Shown here: in pieces, positions 1-12,800 of the stretch
Layout: every line of letters begins with the position of its first letter
Position numbering within the stretch: the first letter of the stretch is position 1
From: Antedon mediterranea
Taxonomy: Eukaryota > Animalia > Echinodermata
Assembly: GCF_964355755.1 (NCBI RefSeq)
Contig: NC_092678.1
Location: forward strand, 19,175,365 to 19,239,364
Length of the DNA stretch: 64,000 nucleotides
Direction of reading: 5' to 3'
The notes under the pieces: model-generated
What the model was told of the DNA's origin: nothing
Seen by the model: only the letters and a program-made list of their open reading frames with translations
Databases searched by the model: none
Translations under genes and position numbers: made by a program

Positions 1-3000
1 AGATTAAGCCTTTATGACTATCAACTTACACACATATTAATCCCATAATGCAACTGATGCCATTTGAGATGTTCGGCAAATCATAATTATTGTTGCTCAT
101 TGTAATAGCTTTGATTGTTGTCCACGTCAGCGGTTTTTTCCTCAGTAATCATTTTCCAATTTGACGGCCAAACCCATCACATGATTCAGTGGATTGTTAT
201 TTATAGTAACCTAGCAATTATTCAATATTGTCTAGTGATAAGATAATGTTATAGAAGAAATAGATACAGATTATATAATAATAATCAACATAACAATTCT
301 GTATGCTGTTTAAAAATCATGACACATTTTAATTGTATCTATCACAAATGAGATATTTTTTTTAATTATTGGTTTTTTTTTTTTCAAAAGTATAATGCAA
401 ATTAAACCACTTTTTAATAATAATAATAATAATAATAATAATTTGGTAATAATAATAATGCTCTGGTCTCACAGCTATTTAGTCCAATAAGACATATCGG
501 AAATTCTTTTTTTTTTTGTACACTATATAAAGAACGAATAAATATATAAGAACATTATACACACTATACAGGCGATGAGAAGGTTGTGATAGAATACGCT
601 TTACCATAGAGATCACAGTTTTTTCATAGGTAGAAGTCATATCATCTATGGTCATTGCAGTAATCACGACAATACATTCTGTTTATTTTGTTTAATAATG
701 CATAGTCTTTTGACTTAAACAGTTACACCAGATTGTAACACAGAATGAATGAATGAATTTTACAGAAGGAACACCCATTTAAAAGCACTCATGTAATCAC
801 GCATACAGTACAGCAACTACAAATTGCACAGAATATTAATAATGTTAAATATTCTAAGTTACACGCAAGATGTTTTATAGTCTGGGTTCCAGACGGAGTT
901 TTGTCTTAATATTAGTAAAAAGATAAATATTTTGGCACATATGGCGTTTCATACGTATACTACTTGATTTTGGATACTCCGTCTGGGGAAACACGCACAA
1001 GTGACGTGGTTTGACACCAAGAATTCTTGGTGCATACGATTATCCGGTTGACTAGTTTCAGCTGCATGCGATTGGCTACTCACTCGTACACCGTTTTAAT
1101 ATTCATATCAGAATTTCAAAGACTCAACAACTAAGATGATGCGCATGCGCTATGTTACGTTTAGACAATGTGTACTTGGGTACATTTATGAAAGTTTCTG
1201 AAGGCTAGAAATTATTTTATATGCCTAGTAGTCTGGTAAACATTTGATGGGATTTTTTTCCAAGAACATGAAAACTCGTCTTGATATGATAGGCTAGCTT
1301 CTCCGCAAATCAAACATTGAATGGATCATTTATTACGCGGAGATAATTTTGATTTAATTCCCACCCAGACCATGGAAGTATAAAGACCCTGTCCTGTTCT
1401 GTGTGGTGGTGTAGCCCTGTTGTGTGCCGGTGGTGGTATGCAGGGCTACTTTATTGGCGTTTTATTTGGCAGGTCATGCGTGCGAGTTGAGTGGGACCTA
1501 CGAAAGAGGCCAAGGACTAAACAATTAATAAACAAAACAACTTGGCATTACGATTTTATATTTCAACAGTCTCGATCGTAAATTCAGCACTGTACGTACG
1601 TCTCGATCTTTTTCATTTTGAAACAAAATGATCATTGGTTGATTCGAAATCCATATTTACATACCGCCCGCCCCATATAGCCAAATACGGTATGATAACC
1701 TACGTCATTCTTATCGGATGTTTGCGGTCTGCAAATCGATTTCTATACGTGTTTCACAAGTCTGTATTTTCAGACAAAAATCGCGGTCGAAATAAAAAAA
1801 AAATTAAAAAAAATAATAATAATACAGACTTGGGGCAAGTCTAGATGTTTTACTGCTTTTAGTACTATTAACAAACTGTTAATACTGAAAATGAATTCTA
1901 AGAATATTTACTCTGAAAATACATTGAACATTAAATCGATTAAAATCCAGATTTATAACAAATTTATTAGCCAAGACTAATATATCAATTTAAACGAGTT
2001 AACATTTATTTTATTTTATGTCAGAATTGCAAAGCTGTAGAACATTTAGATTTCTCTATTCTTTATTGCATATTTTTATATTTAAATATCTGAACAAAAT
2101 GATGAACAATTACAAATATTAATGTTTAATTATCCACATTTATTCATCCAATTGGTGGCTAGTTATATTTTTTTTTACTCTATCGTCTCAAAACATGATT
2201 AAATTATTTATATTATTTTGCTTTCTTAGTTAGTATTATTATAAACAAAATGATAAACAATGCCGCAAAGTAATGATGAACAAATAATGTTTAATAATCC
2301 ACATTTATTCATCCAAATTGGTGGCTAGTTTATATTCTAATTGTCTCAAAACAGGATTAAATTATTATATTATTTTGTATACCTGTAGAAATAACAGTTC
2401 TACATTTTGCTCTTTGTATTATTATAAAGAAAATGATAAATACGCCGCAAAGTAAATACATTGCATATTGTACACAGCTAACGTTTGCTAAACTGATTCA
2501 AACTGATAATGATGCGGGCACCGTCGTTTTAATTTCACAATCTTTTCTCACCAGTATTCATTAGCATTGTCAGCTATCCGACTATTTATTTGTTGATTAG
2601 GAATGTAATTGACAGTTTCCAAGGTGACCAATCTATTAATCGAGAACACTCATTTGATTAAATAAAGACTATACATGTTTTTTGTTACTAACTAACTAGA
2701 ATATGACTTTAAATTTTATTTCTAACGTAATATAAATATTCACTATAATTTTACAAGATACAGTAACTGATAAATGGTTTTTATGTGCATATATTTCACA
2801 TTATACTTGTTTTTTACACAGTGTTATCTATCAATTTTGTTCGCCTTAATTAAAAGCATCATTTTTTTTTTTGGCCGCAATCGCAAAAATTTGTTTCAGT
2901 CACATCCCACCTCGTACCAACAAATATTTATATAAATACCGACTGCCGTAAATATATTTAATTACCAGAAAAAAAAACAGACAGATATTGCAACATCATG

Positions 3001-3054
3001 GTTTTATTTGTGCTGGCTTTTTTTACGTGTAATAATTAAAATTTTGTTTTTCAG

Positions 3055-3208
3055 AACCGAATGCACGAGTCTATGAAGCTGTTTGATTCAATTTGCAACA
3101 ATAAGTGGTTCACCGAAACATCCATCATTCTATTCCTTAACAAGAAAGATCTGTTTGAGGAGAAAATCAGCAAGTCACCACTTGTAATCTGCTTTCCAGA
3201 ATATTCTG
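3055..3208 (+). CDS. GNAI: G protein alpha-i subunit, penultimate coding exon ([51 protein letters not shown])
   Basis: tttcag acceptor and G|gtaagt donor; 154 nt; contains the G4 NKKD motif; closely matches the known Gi-family sequence. Confidence 0.97.
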
Positions 3209-3213
3209 GTAAG

Positions 3214-3490
3214 TCATCATTAATATTCATGTATGCGTCATTAATATTCATGTTTGAGTCATTAATATTCATGTGTGAGTCATTAATATTCTTGTTTGCT
3301 TATTAATATTCATGTTTGCTTATTAATATTCATGTGTGAGTCATTAATATTCATGTGTGAGTTAATTTATGTAGATCAGTATCTTGAGAATACGAATAAA
3401 CTTGTGAATCATTAATATTCATGTATGAATCATTAATATTCATGTATGAGTCATTAATATTCATGTGAGTAATTAATATTCATTGAGTTA
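3214..3490. repeat. ~21-bp intronic minisatellite (gagtcattaatattcatgtgt)
   Basis: About 11 imperfect copies starting right after the donor of the Gi exon. Confidence 0.9.
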
Positions 3491-3614
3491 AATTAAAAGA
3501 ATATTCTTGAGATTTGAATCAATTACAGTATATTCATATCTTTAATACATGCTTTATATTCATTGGCTCATTATAATATTCATTGGCTCATTATAATATT
3601 TATTTTTTTACCAT

Positions 3615-3815
3615 ATCTAATGAGGGTGATCCATCCAGCAATTGCTGATCATTAGGGACATTCATGTCTCGTCTACATAAACAAAGTCATATTACAAGTC
3701 TTTGGGAATGGAGTTGTAATTTTGTCCTTAGGAAAAATCCTGACATGTGACGGACGGACTTGAACCCTTGGAGTGGTAGCCAAACATCATAACCACCAAA
3801 CCACAACTCCGCTCA
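3615..3815 (-). mobile_element. Degenerate tRNA-derived SINE (same family as 60871-61030)
   Basis: Minus strand reads ggagttgtggtttggtggttatgatgtttggctacc...gggttcaagtcc (A/B-box-like) and ccaaagact...ctttgtttatgtag, shared with the copy at 60871. Confidence 0.6.
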
Positions 3816-5139
3816 AATTGACTCATTAATATTCATTGGGTCATCATTAATATTTATGTTGACCAGTCTGAATGTTATTTTTTTAAGAATAAAATGTTTA
3901 TTGATACGACCTTAAAAATTTATTTTAATATTATGAAAATAATTGTGGGAAAAAAAGAACACACAATTCTGGAGTAATCACCAATTGTCGTCAAAGTGTG
4001 TTCCATCTAAAGACATTTAATTAAAATTCTGATACTTGAATACCTCGGTTACCAGGATATGAAGAAATTTGCATGAAATAGTGTCAGAAATTGTCTATCA
4101 AACTTTATTAAGATATAAAATATTTTGCTAGTTAGGTATTACTTAAACTAGTAGACCTACTGTACAGTACACACTGTATAATTTTAAATAAACATGCTTT
4201 TCCAATACTCCATTCGTGAGTCTATTTTTAGACATTAGCTGAAATGCTATCGTTTTGCAATTGTTGTCAGAATCGCGTAATTATTATAATCCTCCTCAAT
4301 ATGTTAATTTATTCGGCAATCGCATACATCATCTACACTGTCTTAAAGATTACTATTGTCGTATGCACACCCGTGACCTTTTGTTTAATTAGACAACAAG
4401 TCTCCGTGCGTCTTACGTGTTGCTTATTTTCAGCCGTTAATTGGGAACTGTTTTTCACTGCCGTGACAGAGGAGTAAATTTATTCTTGGTAAATAGTGTT
4501 CAGTGATGCGTAGTAGAGCCATAGTTGCTCTGTTGTGGATACCCTACAAGAATTATTTAAAACGTTTTGATATGTTAAACTACTATACCTACTGTATTTT
4601 GTTGTTGTGATATATTATTTAAATTTTTGAATATTTTAGGATGTACAGTTTAGTTCTAATAAACGATTTCAATTTCAAATGATTTTGCTTTTTAAAGAGA
4701 TGTTTTCCTCTAAAAGTGTAATTTTCAAATGTCGCATACAGTTATTCACTTTGATCAAAACTGAAACAAAACAAAAAATATATATATATATTTGACTGTA
4801 ATTTTAAAAAAAAATACTAGTCAATGGGTTTTTATAGTTACTGTTTATTTGTCTGATTTTTGTTTTGTTTGTTGTGTTTTCTACCGAAGTTAATAAATCT
4901 GAAAAGTCTGATATTATCTTTATTTTTCAATTATTTTTTTTCAGAAAATTCATCTAAAAAAAATGTAATTGTTTGTTTTCTTCTTTACTGTTCAATATAT
5001 TTTTCATCCTATTTTTTTTTAATTTCCTTTCCGACTTCTTCAGATTTTATAATGAAAATAGGACAGCTTAGAGTACTTAGAGTGACATGACTATGTAGAA
5101 TAATTGTAAGCTATTTGGTTAAACATTAATCGATAATGA

Positions 5140-5349
<210 letters not shown>

Positions 5350-5379
5350 AAGTAATTTTTACAGTTATTTTATTCATTG

Positions 5380-5543
5380 TAAAGCTCTGTCTACACTATT
5401 AAACTTTATGCGACAAAAACATGTGTTGTGCCCATATATGGACATGATGATATCATATCACTGCCATATTTAGACATATCACTACCATATTTGTGTACAT
5501 CACACCTTTTTTCAAACTAGTTTGATAGTGTAGACTGAATTTA
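5380..5543. mobile_element. ~160-bp MITE in the G-alpha-i 3' UTR
   Basis: Terminal inverted repeats taaagctctgtctacactattaaact / agtttgatagtgtagactgaattta; related copy in opposite orientation at 40555-40690. Confidence 0.75.
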
Positions 5544-6729
5544 ATATTTCACCTAACTTATTCCTCAACATGTTCTCTCCTCTGACATTGCTACAGTATC
5601 TGCTTTACGTTTTCTTTTTTTTGCATCGCACAAAGAATTTTTGTCAAACATTTACCCACACTCTCAACTCAATTAAAATTATTTTAAAACCTTTTTTGTT
5701 TTAAACAACAAAATTCAGGATACAATGGCCTGTTTTATTTTAATGCAAATATTTTATATACAATACAAAAAATTTTATAGATTTCTGTCTGAAAACAAAC
5801 TGTATCGATATGGTTAAATTCAATTCTGCTGAAACTTTTCTTTAAAGGAAAAATCGCTTTTATAACAACAACAATATGGTTTAAAAGAGTAAAAAGTTGG
5901 GAATAATTTAGGTGCGATGTTTTGGCTGACGTACATTTACTCGGTTTAAATAATAATTATATTAATAATATTTAATTATAATATTATTAATAATTGTAAT
6001 GATATAAATAGAAATAATAATAATAATATAATAATTAATAATAATAATTTTATGTATTTTTCAGACTTTTGGATGTTGTGTTATAATCATAGTATACTCC
6101 AGTATTTGGACCATATTTCACAGCCAGTCGCGCTGTTTTTTGTATAGTCGGCACTAAATCAAAAGTGGTGGTATCCAATATAGAGATCCTCTCCACATTT
6201 TAACTATTTTGATAGTACAGTAGATTCCGTACAACAGTCAACTTTGACCTTTTGGTAGTTATCGATTCACTCATTTACTCCTGTCTAAAGAAATCCGCAA
6301 CCAATCAGGAACTGTTAAATTCGAGAAGGAGCATTTTGCTCACCTGAAAAATCAAGTAATGAATTAAATACACATCTTAAAAGTTGATAATAACTGCTTT
6401 TCGAATGTGCACAGATATGCAAAATAACTATCTGCATATAAATAATATACAGGTGTATAATAGTGTTAAGAATAATAGAGTTTGATATTTAACTACTGTG
6501 TAGATTGATCCACTTAAATGTTTACTCTTAATTATCATGATTAATAATATAAACGAAGGAGATAATATTATTGAGAGTGATCGAGAGAGAACTTAAGATT
6601 AATCGTGCAAAATTATATAGTGGTAAGCACCTTTGACAATCTTAATAAGTAGAATTTTCTTGCGAGTTCAAAAGTTATGAATTTGTCAAAAATAATGTTT
6701 ATTTGATTACAATGTACAGTTGATGTTTT

Positions 6730-6895
6730 ACTAGCCTATACAAAACTAGCTATGGTCCTTAATAAGCTACTGTCCGTTTCTAGCTAAGGGCCCTTACTAG
6801 CTATGGTTGCATACTAGCTATGGTCCCTTACTAGCTAAGGCTCCTTATACTAGCTATGGTTGCATACTAGCTATAGTCCCTTACTTAGCTCTAGT
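6730..6895. repeat. ~18-20 bp minisatellite (tactagctatggt...)
   Basis: About 8 imperfect actagcta(t/a)gg units. Confidence 0.8.
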
Positions 6896-8709
6896 TGTAA
6901 TGCAGCATGTTCTACAAAACTGTTTTGCTGAACGTGGAACACACAACAGGGTACAAATATTCAAAACAAAATAATTGATATTCATCATCATAGTCAAACA
7001 GTTTAGTTTACGCCACGTTCCATAAATTAATACAGTGATACAACAATCAACTACAAAATGTTTGTGATCATACTGCTGCTCAGTCAGGTGGAACAGACTT
7101 TTCGGGAACTAGAGTACGTATAGAGCAACTAGTAATCTTAGCACTCTTTTTAATAGAATTCTGTATACACATCAGTCTGTGCAATTTATGTTTTAGCTAA
7201 CTAGTGGTTTATTTTCAAATGGGGTGCTACAGTGTTGTCAATCAATTTAATACACTGCTTTTAAGAAAGATCTCCGAATCACTGATAAACTTATCGTCAA
7301 ATCTAAATGCTGGGTATACCACATTGAAAAAGACGCCTGTCTGTGTATATTTCTATAAATACACGAAAACGATTTGACTATTTTTTCGGCATACCTAAGC
7401 CAGATTTTTTAATCTTTTTCCATTGCACTTGAAAAGTCATGTATTTACCAGTAATGTAACTTTTTTCTGCTATATTGTGATAATAGTAAGTATAGAATTT
7501 CTTCAACTGGGACGTAACTTAGTCACCGGTATTATTAGAGTAATATACTGTAGTAATCGTGTCAATGTGTTTCTATGACGATTTGTTTTTGTGGACAAAA
7601 AGCTGTAAAAAGAAAGTAATAACAAGATAATAATTATTTAAAAGGAAAAAAAAATCATTGGTTAGTGTTATTTAGCAAAGAGAAGGAACACGTGAATCAA
7701 CATTTTGATCGTCTTCATCGATTGGATAGTCGATATAATGATTGACTTCTGTACATTTTATTGTTGTGTGGTGCAATACAATTTATCAAAACTACTGGCA
7801 TGACTTTTACCACCTGATTAAAAACCCAACTGCGTTTTATTTCTGTGAGAAAAATTTGATAAAACCCCGCAAACCCCGAAAATTATTCACTAAAAATTGT
7901 GAACAACTATGTAACAGTCCATCAAAATTTCTTAAGTGAATATGCTATCTATAATAACTACCGATGAATACTTACTCACAATATTGTCCACATAATGGTA
8001 GTGAAAATGCTGGTACCATAAAGGACATAATTGTACCATAATAGATATACTATGCTAATGTGTATCCATGTATAGTCTTACTGTTACCTTATATGGTCGT
8101 AAGATGTCATAGGATTATCAATAATGTCAACTACCTTTATGAAAGATTCAATTTAGTGTTAATCATTATGTTAGATGTGTAGCCTTTATTTAAGCACAGT
8201 AATAGTTAATGTGATTTTGATCTGTAATGTATTATTTCGCAAACTATTAAAACCATCATACCACTTCTAACCACCAAGAAATGAAATTGATAATTTTATT
8301 TTGAAATTATCAGATGAGGATTTATGAAAGTGGGTAATTGTAAACGCATATTAATTATGATCATAGAGTGAAGTATAGTTTTAATTAGAATGTTTAGTTG
8401 TCTAGTTTTGTTTTTGTCAATCTTGGCAACTCTATGTACCATTCCATATTTAATTATTAGTAGTGTAAATTGTGTGTACATTGACTTTTTTGTTTTGTTT
8501 GGCATTCCATACCCACTGTTCTCAATCAGTTCGCGATGGTCTTTGCTGAATAGCGCCCTAGCGCTTCATTTAAGTCGAAACTACTGTGTGCGGGCAGACG
8601 GTGAATTGTTTAAAAGAGGCGTTTATTCATCGAAGAAAATTTTGATTTTGTGTATTCCATGTTCTGTATACTGTGCCAGTGTTTGCTAGCCTAGGTAAAT
8701 TACCCCACG

Positions 8710-8715
8710 AATAAA
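8710..8715 (+). terminator. Probable polyadenylation signal of the G-alpha-i gene (implies ~3.4 kb 3' UTR)
   Basis: AATAAA followed ~20 nt later by GU/U-rich tgttgtgtttctctttt; repeat-derived sequence begins shortly after. Confidence 0.5.
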
Positions 8716-8966
8716 TGTATTAAAACCAATAACATGTTGTGTTTCTCTTTTCATGGTTGTAAATAAGTGCACATAATATGCTATTTAGCGATTTTTACAT
8801 CTACGAAGATAAAGACTTAGAAACAAATGAAACTAGAAGGTAACTTAACTTAAACCTCCGCCTACACATATGAACATTTGATGACGTGATCCTATACAGC
8901 TATGAAACTATCCTTATATTTACCATGTTGACAACCAGTAGGTGTAAGTAAAAAAATACTCCGAAG

Positions 8967-9856
8967 ACCCATATTTATATTCAAATGGAAAAGTTAAACA
9001 TTATGCACATATATTTTTAGTAAAAAGGTTCATCTGGATCACTGTATAGTATTTTAAGTAAATTTTCTTTTGGATGATCCAAAGTCGAATAAAATTTGTA
9101 AACCTACATCATGGAAAGACAGGAAAATAAAAGAATAAATAAAAATAAGAAAACATGGTAACACTATGAACAGAGACGACGGCGGTTTGCAACTCCCAAA
9201 ATTGTACAACGTACTAAAGAGACCTTTTTATTTTTCAATAAAACTGGTTACAATAGCATAATTGACATGCGCAAAACCCAATTTACGACTCTGCGCATGT
9301 TTATTATGCTATAGTAACCATTTATGTCAAAAAATAAAAGGGTCGAAAAATGGCGATTTTTCGAAAATTTCCCTGTACTATAGTACAGGGATTTTTTCGA
9401 AAAATGAGCAAACCCATATTTATATTCAAATGGAAAAGTTAAACATTATGCACATATATTTTTAGTAAAAAGGTTCATCTGGATCACTGTATAGTATTTT
9501 AAGTAAATTTTCTTTTGGATGATCCAAAGTCGAATAAAATTTGTAAACCTACATCATGGAAAGACAGGAAAATAAAAGAATAAATAAAAATAAGAAAACA
9601 TGGTAACACTATGAACAGAGACGACGGCGGTTTGCAACTCCCAAAATTGTACAACTTACTAAAGAGACCTTTTTATTTTTCAATAAAACTGGTTACAATA
9701 GCATAATTGACATGCGCAAAACCCAATTTACGACTCTGCGCATGTTTATTATGCTATAGTAACCATTTATGTCAAAAAATAAAAGGGTCGAAAAATGGCG
9801 ATTTTTCGAAAATTTCCCTGTACTATAGTACAGGGATTTTTTCGAAAAATGAGCAA
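8967..9856. repeat. 445-bp tandem duplication at the left edge of the satellite
   Basis: 8967-9411 repeated almost identically at 9412-9856 (unique flank plus first monomer). Confidence 0.93.
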
Positions 9857-12800
9857 ATTTCGACCTTTTTATTTATCAATAAAACTGGTTACTGTAGCAT
9901 AATTGACATGCGCAGAACCCAATTTACGACTCTGCGTATGTTTATTATGCTATAGTAACCATTTATGTCAAAAAATAAAATTTCCCTGTACAGGGATTTT
10001 TTCAAAAAATGGGCAAATTTCGACCTTTTTATATTTCGATAAAACTGGTTACTATAGCATAATTGACATGCGCAGAACCCAATTTACGACTCTGCGTATG
10101 TTTATTACGCTATATTAACCATTTTTGTCAAAAAATAAAAGGGTCGAAAAATTGCAATTTTTTGAAAATTTCCTTGTACTATAGTACAGGGATTTTTTCC
10201 AAAAATGGGCAAATTTCGACCTTTTTATTTTCGATAAAACTGGTTATTATAGCATAATTGACATGCGCAGAACCCAATTTACGACTCTGCGCATGTTAAT
10301 TATGCTATAGTAACCATTTATGTCAAAAAATAAAAGGGTCGAAAAATGGCCATTTTTCGAAAATTTCCCTGTACTATATTACAGGAATTTTTTCCAAAAA
10401 TGGGCAAATTTCGACCTTTTTATTTTCGATAAAACTGGTTACTATAGCATAATTGACATGCGCAGAACCCAATTTACGACTCTGCGTATGTTTATTACGC
10501 TATATTAACCATTTTTGTCAAAAGATAAAAGGATCGAAATATGGCAATTTTTCGAAAATTTCCCTCTACTATAGTACAGGGATTTTTTCAAAAAATGGGC
10601 AAATTTCGACCTTTTTATTTATCGATAAAACTGGTTACTATAGCATAATTGACATGCACAGAACCCAATTTACGACTCTGCGCATGTTTATTATGCTATA
10701 TTAACCATTTATGTCAAAAAATAAAAGGATTGAAAAATGGCAATTTTTCGAAAATTTCCCTGTACAGGGATTTTTTCAAAAAATGGGCAAATTTCGACCA
10801 TTTTATATTTCGATAAAACTGGTTACTATAGCATAATTGACATGCGCAAAACCCAATTTACGACTCTGCGCATGTTTATTATGCTATAGTAACCATTTAT
10901 GTCAAAAAATAAAAGGGTCGAAAAATTGCCATTTTTTGAAAATTTCCTTGTACTATAGTACAGGGATTTTTTTCCAAAATGGGCAAATTTCGACCTTTTT
11001 ATTTTCGATAAAACTGGTTATTATAGCATAATTGACATGCGCAGAACCCAACTTTCGACTCTGCGCATGTTTATTATGCTATAGTAACCATTTATGTCAA
11101 AAAATAAAAGGGTCGAAAAATGGCCATTTTTCGAAAATTTCCCTGTAGTATAGTACAGGGATTTTTTCAAAAAAAGAGCAAATTTTGACCTTTTTATATA
11201 TCGATAAAAATGGTTACTATAGCATAAATGACATGCGCAGAACCCAATTTTCAACTCTGCGCATGTTTATTATGCTATAGTAACCATTTATGTCAAAAAA
11301 TAAAAGTTCGAAAAATGGCCATTTTTTGAAAATTTCCCTGTACTATAGTACAGGGATTTTTTTCAAAAATTGGCAAATTTCGACCTTTTTATTTTCAATA
11401 AAACTGGTTACTATAGCATAATTGACATGTGCAGAAGCCAATTTTCGACTCTGCGCATGTTTATTATGCTATAGTAACCATTTATGTCAAAAAATAAAAG
11501 GGTCGAAAAATTGCAATTTTTTGAAAATTTCCTTGTACTATAGTACAGGGATTTTTTCCAAAAATGGGCAAATTTCGACCTTTTTATTTTCGATAAAACT
11601 GGTTATTATAGCATAATTGACATGCGCAGAACCCAATTTACGACTCTGCGCATGTTAATTATGCTATAGTAACCATTTATGTCAAAAAATAAAAGGGTCG
11701 AAAAATGGCCATTTTTCGAAAATTTCCCTGTACTATATTACAGGAATTTTTTCCAAAAATGGGCAAATTTTGACCTTTTTATTTTCGATAAAACTGGTTA
11801 CTATAGCATAATTGACATGCGCAGAACCCAATTTACGACTCTGCGTATGTTTATTACGCTATATTAACCATTTTTGTCAAAAGATAAAAGGATCGAAATA
11901 TGGCAATTTTTCGAAAATTTCCCTCTACTATAGTACAGGGATTTTTTCAAAAAATGGGCAAATTTCGACCTTTTTATTTATCGATAAAACTGGTTACTAT
12001 AGCATAATTGACATGCACAGAACCCAATTTACGACTCTGCGCATGTTTATTATGCTATATTAACCATTTATGTCAAAAAATAAAAGGATTGAAAAATGGC
12101 AATTTTTCGAAAATTTCCCTGTACAGGGATTTTTTCAAAAAATGGGCAAATTTCGACCATTTTATATTTCGATAAAACTGGTTACTATAGCATAATTGAC
12201 ATGCGCAAAACCCAATTTACGACTCTGCGCATGTTTATTATGCTATAGTAACCATTTATGTCAAAAAATAAAAGGGTCGAAAAATTGCCATTTTTTGAAA
12301 ATTTCCTTGTACTATAGTACAGGGATTTTTTTCCAAAATGGGCAAATTTCGACCTTTTTATTTTCGATAAAACTGGTTATTATAGCATAATTGACATGCG
12401 CAGAACCCAACTTTCGACTCTGCGCATGTTTATTATGCTATAGTAACCATTTATGTCAAAAAATAAAAGGGTCGAAAAATGGCCATTTTTCGAAAATTTC
12501 CCTGTAGTATAGTACAGGGATTTTTTCAAAAAAAGAGCAAATTTTGACCTTTTTATATATCGATAAAAATGGTTACTATAGCATAAATGACATGCGCAGA
12601 ACCCAATTTTCAACTCTGCGCATGTTTATTATGCTATAGTAACCATTTATGTCAAAAAATAAAAGTTCGAAAAATGGCCATTTTTCGAAAATTTCCCTGT
12701 ACTATAGTACAGAGATTTTTTCAAAAATTGGCAAATTTCGACCTTTTTATTTTCAATAAAACTGGTTACTATAGCATAATTGACATGTGCAGAAGCCAAT

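Noticed and set aside
878-1300. Possible TIR element starting tagtctgggttccagac, with a similar stretch at about 17015-17090
   Set aside because: Clearly repetitive but termini and TSD too decayed to define
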